A stretch of DNA of 64,000 bases from an uncultured Gemmatimonadales bacterium (GTDB lineage Bacteria; Gemmatimonadota; Gemmatimonadetes; Longimicrobiales; RSA9). Within the stretch, counting starts at the first letter, position 1; every line of letters starts with the position of its first letter. Positions 59,590 to 64,000 of this stretch are shown piece by piece. The notes beneath the pieces are model-generated. The model did no database searches. It had not been told where the DNA came from and saw nothing but the letters and a program-made list of their open reading frames with translations. The stretch covers positions 256,001 through 320,000 of the forward strand of contig CAWFKH010000003.1 in assembly GCA_963816355.1 (NCBI GenBank), in the 5' to 3' direction. A program made the position numbers and the translations under genes.

Positions 59590-60867
59590 ATGGCGCCACC
59601 CGACCCGTCCGAGCGGAGCACCGCTCCGCGCTTCGCGCCCGTCGCCGAGCAGCTCGACATCATCCGCCGCGACGCGGTCGAGGTCGTCCCGGAGGAGGAC
59701 CTGGAGCGCAAGCTGGAGGCGTCGCTGCGCGATCGCCGCCCCCTCGTCGTCAAGCAGGGCTTCGATCCCACCCGCCCCGACCTGCACGTCGGACACGCCG
59801 TCTCGATCCGCAAGCTGCGCGACTTCCAGCGGCTCGGGCACCAGGTCGTCTTCGTCGTCGGCGACTACACCGCCCGCGTCGGCGACCCCAGCGGGCGCAG
59901 CGAGACCCGGCCCCAGCTCTCCCCCCCCGAGATCGAGGCGAACGCCGCCACCTACGCCCAACAGGTGAGCCGCATCCTCGACGTCTCTCACGCGCGCGTC
60001 GAACTCAACTCCCGATGGCTCGCGCCCCTCGACCTCGCCGACCTGCTCCACCTCACCTCGACCTACACCATCGCCCGCATGCTCGAGCGCGACGATTTCG
60101 CCAAGCGCTTCGCCGAAGGCCGCTCCATCTCCATCGCCGAGCTCCTCTACCCGCTCATGCAGGCCTACGACTCCGTCGCGCTGCGCGCCGACGTCGAGCT
60201 CGGCGGCACCGACCAGAAGTTCAACCTCCTCGTCGGCCGCACCGTCCAGGAACGCTACGGCCAGCCGCCGCAGGTCTGCCTCATCATGCCGCTCCTCCGC
60301 GGTACCGACGGCGAGCTCAAGATGTCCAAGTCGTACGACAACTACATCGCCATCACCGAACCGCCCGAGGAGCAGTTCGGCAAGACCATGTCCATCCGCG
60401 ACGAGCTCCTCGACGAATGGCTCCGCCTCGCTTCCGCGCTCCCCGACGCCGAGCTCCAGCGCGCGCGCGAGCTCGCCGCCCGCGACCCCTACGCCGCCAA
60501 GCGCCTCCTCGCGCGCTCCGTCGTGCGCGAATACCATGGCGACGACGCCGCCGCGCGCGCCGAGGCACACTTCGACCGCGTCTTCCGCCGCCACGAGAAC
60601 CCCGACGCCATGCCCGAGGTCGACCTCGACATCCGCCACCCCGACCTCCGCTTCGATGCCGCGACCGGCGTGTGGGCGCCCGGCCTCCTCGTCGCCAGCG
60701 GCCTCGCTGCCTCCAACAGCGAGGCCGTCCGACTGCTCGACCAGGGCGCCATCACCGTCGACGGCCGCAAGCTCACCGGCCGCAACGACCCCGTCCCGGC
60801 GCGACCGGGCGTGTCCCTCGTGCTCCAGCGCGGCAAACGCCACTTCGTCCGCGTGCGCCTCCTCTGA
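59590..60867 (+). CDS. tyrS: Tyrosine--tRNA ligase
   Basis: GFDPT.PDLHVGH, YP.MQAYDS, GGTDQKFN, KMSKS, C-terminal S4-like domain; GAGGAG SD. Confidence 0.96.
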   Translation: MAPPDPSERSTAPRFAPVAEQLDIIRRDAVEVVPEEDLERKLEASLRDRRPLVVKQGFDPTRPDLHVGHAVSIRKLRDFQRLGHQVVFVVGDYTARVGDPSGRSETRPQLSPPEIEANAATYAQQVSRILDVSHARVELNSRWLAPLDLADLLHLTSTYTIARMLERDDFAKRFAEGRSISIAELLYPLMQAYDSVALRADVELGGTDQKFNLLVGRTVQERYGQPPQVCLIMPLLRGTDGELKMSKSYDNYIAITEPPEEQFGKTMSIRDELLDEWLRLASALPDAELQRARELAARDPYAAKRLLARSVVREYHGDDAAARAEAHFDRVFRRHENPDAMPEVDLDIRHPDLRFDAATGVWAPGLLVASGLAASNSEAVRLLDQGAITVDGRKLTGRNDPVPARPGVSLVLQRGKRHFVRVRLL

Positions 60868-60869
60868 AG

Positions 60870-61010
60870 CGCTGGAACCGCCCGGCGCGCTGAACCGCGG
60901 ACGCGCTGAACCGCGGACGCGCGGAACCGCCGGCGCGCCGTGGCCCGGCCGCGACGACGCCTTGTGACGCGCGGGAGCGCGGCCGCGCTGAACCGCGGAC
61001 GCGACGGAAC
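60870..61010. repeat. 16-nt repeats GCGCTGAACCGCGGAC
   Basis: Exact copies at 60887, 60903 and 60985 plus degenerate ones, directly after the tyrS stop. Confidence 0.75.
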
Positions 61011-61766
61011 GCCGACGCCTTGCCAGGGTCGACGACGCATTGTGCGCGGGGAGCGCCCTGCCGGCGGTCGGCGCGGCGCTCAAGAAGGCGGACTACGCCC
61101 CGTGCGTGTGGAGCGTCCGGCGCGCTAGAACGCCGTGTCGCCCGGGGAGCGGCTCGCGGGCTAGAATGCCGTCTCGCGCTGCGCGCGCCCCGCGCGAGCA
61201 AACCCCGCCACTCGTCGCCTCCGAACTCGCCGATGGGGCGTTGACGCCGCGTGGCGACGTCAACGCTCCCGTCTTTCGCGAACGGGCGGGCGGCGGGGAG
61301 TGTTGACCCCGCATAGCGAGGTCAGCACTCCCCACCCGCGTCCCGGCGCCCATCTGGGGCATGCTTCGCGTCGCTGCACCGCGTCGGCCCCGCGGCCGCC
61401 CTTCCCCCCCAGATTCCGCGAATCCCCTATCCCCGCAGATCGCCGAGCAGTCATCCCCCTCCCGGCTTCCCGAATCTCCCCATCCGATCGCGGATCGCCG
61501 ATCCCCTTGCCTGTGGCGGGTCCGCCGCGTAGCGTGGGGGTCGTAACAGGCTCGCCGCGGGAAGGAAACTGTCACATTTCGGCCGGCGAACGCGTTGTTT
61601 CTGCGTGACAGGGTCCGCCCCAAAGGACGGCTTCCGTCCGCACACATCGGCATTTCAGAGAGGAGGCGACGCATTCCCAGGAGCAGTCGCTCGGTCCATC
61701 GGATCCCCAACCCGGATTCCGTGTTGCACGGCGCCGCGTCGACAGGCGCGGCAAAAGGAGGCGAGA

Positions 61767-64000
61767 ATGAGTAAGTACTGGAGAGTACTGGTTGTCCTCG
61801 CGGCAGCGGTGCTCCCGGTCACGTCGCTGTCGGCGCAAGAGCCGACGACGATCAGCGGCCGGGTGACGACTGCCGCCGGCCAGCCCCTCGGGGCGGCCAA
61901 CGTGTTCATTCCGTCGATGAGCATCGGCACGCTGACGAACAGCGACGGCCGCTACGTGCTTATCGTGCCGGCGTCGCGCGCCAGCGGCCAAACGGTCAAG
62001 CTGGAGGCGAACCAGATCGGCTACCAGACGAAAACGGCCGACGTGACGCTGAGCCCCGGCCGCGTGACCCAGGACTTCGTCCTCGCCGAGGATCCGCTCA
62101 AGCTCGATGAGGTCGTCGTCACCGGTCAGGGAACGAAGACCACGCGCGAGAAGCTCGGCGTCACCGTCACCAAGATGAACGCCGACGAGGTGGTCAACAG
62201 CCAGGAGAACAACCTGGTGGCCGCCATGGCCGGCAAGGCGCCCAACGTGAACGTGCAGCAGTCGTCCGGTGACCCGGGCGCCGGCACGTTCATTCGCATC
62301 CGCGGCGAGAACACGATCAACGGCGGCGTGCAGCCGCTCTTCGTCGTGGACGGCGTGCCGATCAACAACGACACGAACACGATCGAGGGCACGACCGGCG
62401 GCACGGCGGTCGCCAACCGCGCGATCGACATCAATCCGAACGACATCGAGAGCATCGAGATCCTGAAGGGGCCGGCGGCCGGCGCCATCTACGGTTCGCG
62501 CGCCGCGTCCGGCGTGGTCCTCATCACGACGAAGTCGGGAAAGCCGGGCACGAGCCGCGTCTCGCTGAAGAGCTCGATGTCCTTCGACGACGTCAACGAC
62601 ATGCAGCCGCTCCAGGTCCAGTATGGCCAGGGCGAGGCGGGGATCGCGTACGGCGAGGCGCCGGGTACCGACCTGGCCCCGACCTCCTCGGTCTCCTGGG
62701 GTCTGCCCCTCCCGTGCGCCCAGAAGGACGCGGCGACCGACCAGGTCACGAGCTTCTCCGGGTGCGCGCAGGGCGTCGATTACTTCGACCACGCCCACGA
62801 GCTCTTCCGCACCGGCACGCAGTTCGACAACACGCTCACCATGTCGGGCGGCTCGGAGAGCACGACCTACTACCTCTCGCTCGGCCGTACGGACGACAAG
62901 GGCGTCATCGACGGCAATTCCCAGTACCAGCGCTCGACCGTCCGCCTGAAGGGGAGCCACAGCTTCTCGCCGGTGGTCACGCTGAGCGGGAACCTCGCCT
63001 ACACGAACTCCGGCGGCGACCTGGTCCAGCAGGGGTCCAACATCAGCGGCCTCCTGCTCGGCGCGCTGCGCACGCCTCCGAACTTCAACAACTGCATCCC
63101 CGAGACGTGCTACCTCGCGTCCAACGGGCTGCACCGCTCCTATCGTTATCCGAATCCGACGGTGCTGGCGCGCACGCGCGGCTACGACAACCCGTTCTGG
63201 ATCTCGCGCGTGCTGAAGAACACGACGGACGTCGCCCGCACGATCGGCAACGTCGAGGCGAACTGGCAGCCGTGGGGTTGGCTCAACGTCAACTACGTCT
63301 TCGGCGCCGACATCACGGACGACAACCGCCTCTCGCTCTTCCCGAAGAGCTCCTCCAACGCCCCGTTCGGCTCGCTGATCCGGGCGAACTTCACGACCAA
63401 GATCTTCGACAGCAACCTGATCCTCACCGGCACGCACACGTTCAGTGACAACATGAGCGGCAGCCTGACGGTGGGTCAGAACCTGAACGAGGAGACGTTC
63501 AAGCGCTACCAGGTCAACGGCGATAACCTCATCGTCGGGACCGACCAGCTCGACTTCACCATCAGCCAGGTCCCGAACGAGTCGTACGCCCGCACGCGCA
63601 CGACCGGTTACTTCACGCAGGGGAACCTGGACCTGTACAACCAGCTCTTCCTCACGGCCGCGGTCCGGATCGACGGCTCGAACACCTTCGGCGCGGAGAG
63701 CAGCAACTGGTTCGCGTACCCGAAGTTCACGGCCGCCTGGACGTTCAGCGAGCTGCCGGCGTTCAAGAACCAGAGCTGGCTCACCTTCGCCAAGCTGCGC
63801 GGCGCGTGGGGCGTGGTCGGCAAGCAGCCGCCGATCTACACCAACGTCAGCAGCTACAACAAGCTCAACATCGCCGACGGCTGGACCAACGGCGTGCAGA
63901 CCATCTACAACGGCTTCGACGGCGTCGCCCACGAGGGCACCAAGGGCAACCCCGCCATCAAGCCGGAGCGCACCACCGGCCTCGACGTCGGCGGCGACAT
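61767..64000 (+). CDS. SusC/RagA-family TonB-dependent receptor (partial, runs off the window)
   Basis: AAGGAGG SD and ATG 61767; signal peptide, carboxypeptidase-like domain, LDEVVVTG, SG.PGAG..IRIRG, PLFVVDGVP, INPNDIESIEILKG..A.AIYGSRA..GVV.ITTK; no stop before 64000. Confidence 0.93.
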   Translation, partial: MSKYWRVLVVLAAAVLPVTSLSAQEPTTISGRVTTAAGQPLGAANVFIPSMSIGTLTNSDGRYVLIVPASRASGQTVKLEANQIGYQTKTADVTLSPGRVTQDFVLAEDPLKLDEVVVTGQGTKTTREKLGVTVTKMNADEVVNSQENNLVAAMAGKAPNVNVQQSSGDPGAGTFIRIRGENTINGGVQPLFVVDGVPINNDTNTIEGTTGGTAVANRAIDINPNDIESIEILKGPAAGAIYGSRAASGVVLITTKSGKPGTSRVSLKSSMSFDDVNDMQPLQVQYGQGEAGIAYGEAPGTDLAPTSSVSWGLPLPCAQKDAATDQVTSFSGCAQGVDYFDHAHELFRTGTQFDNTLTMSGGSESTTYYLSLGRTDDKGVIDGNSQYQRSTVRLKGSHSFSPVVTLSGNLAYTNSGGDLVQQGSNISGLLLGALRTPPNFNNCIPETCYLASNGLHRSYRYPNPTVLARTRGYDNPFWISRVLKNTTDVARTIGNVEANWQPWGWLNVNYVFGADITDDNRLSLFPKSSSNAPFGSLIRANFTTKIFDSNLILTGTHTFSDNMSGSLTVGQNLNEETFKRYQVNGDNLIVGTDQLDFTISQVPNESYARTRTTGYFTQGNLDLYNQLFLTAAVRIDGSNTFGAESSNWFAYPKFTAAWTFSELPAFKNQSWLTFAKLRGAWGVVGKQPPIYTNVSSYNKLNIADGWTNGVQTIYNGFDGVAHEGTKGNPAIKPERTTGLDVGGD

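Noticed and set aside
61540..61620. Cobalamin riboswitch ahead of the TonB receptor
   Set aside because: Only a GGGAAGG fragment is present. The conserved B12-box order was not seen, and the receptor is SusC-type rather than BtuB-type.

Overview
Very GC-rich bacterial chromosomal segment; gene order and content suggest Gemmatimonadota (inference, not proven). Positions 1-~3,560 are visibly more AT-rich and form an integron-type gene-cassette array on the minus strand. It has four non-canonical, branched attC-like hairpins and four cassettes (PIN nuclease, lipoprotein, DUF5677/HEPN-like protein, and one with no clear gene). An attI-like site sits at the right edge, but there is no integrase in the window. 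The rest is mostly core genome: ferritin, a frameshifted GMC oxidoreductase, yebC-ruvC-ruvA then ruvB after an inserted block, queA-tgt-yajC-def-fmt-thiE(frameshift)-thiS-thiG-rsmB-PASTA-TlpA-CdaR-tsaD, a MASE1 hybrid kinase, blaI-htpX, an EF-P with Asn at the modification tip, uvrA, CesT-pspA, a peptidoglycan-recycling cluster (namZ, nagZ, amiE-like, two SSS symporters, nagB-II, sugar kinase), tyrS and the start of a SusC/RagA-type TonB receptor. Intergenic spaces hold at least two ~670-bp foldback/MITE-like elements with long inverted arms made of short repeats. Several genes carry in-frame tandem-repeat expansions. I saw no tRNA, rRNA, CRISPR array or transposase.
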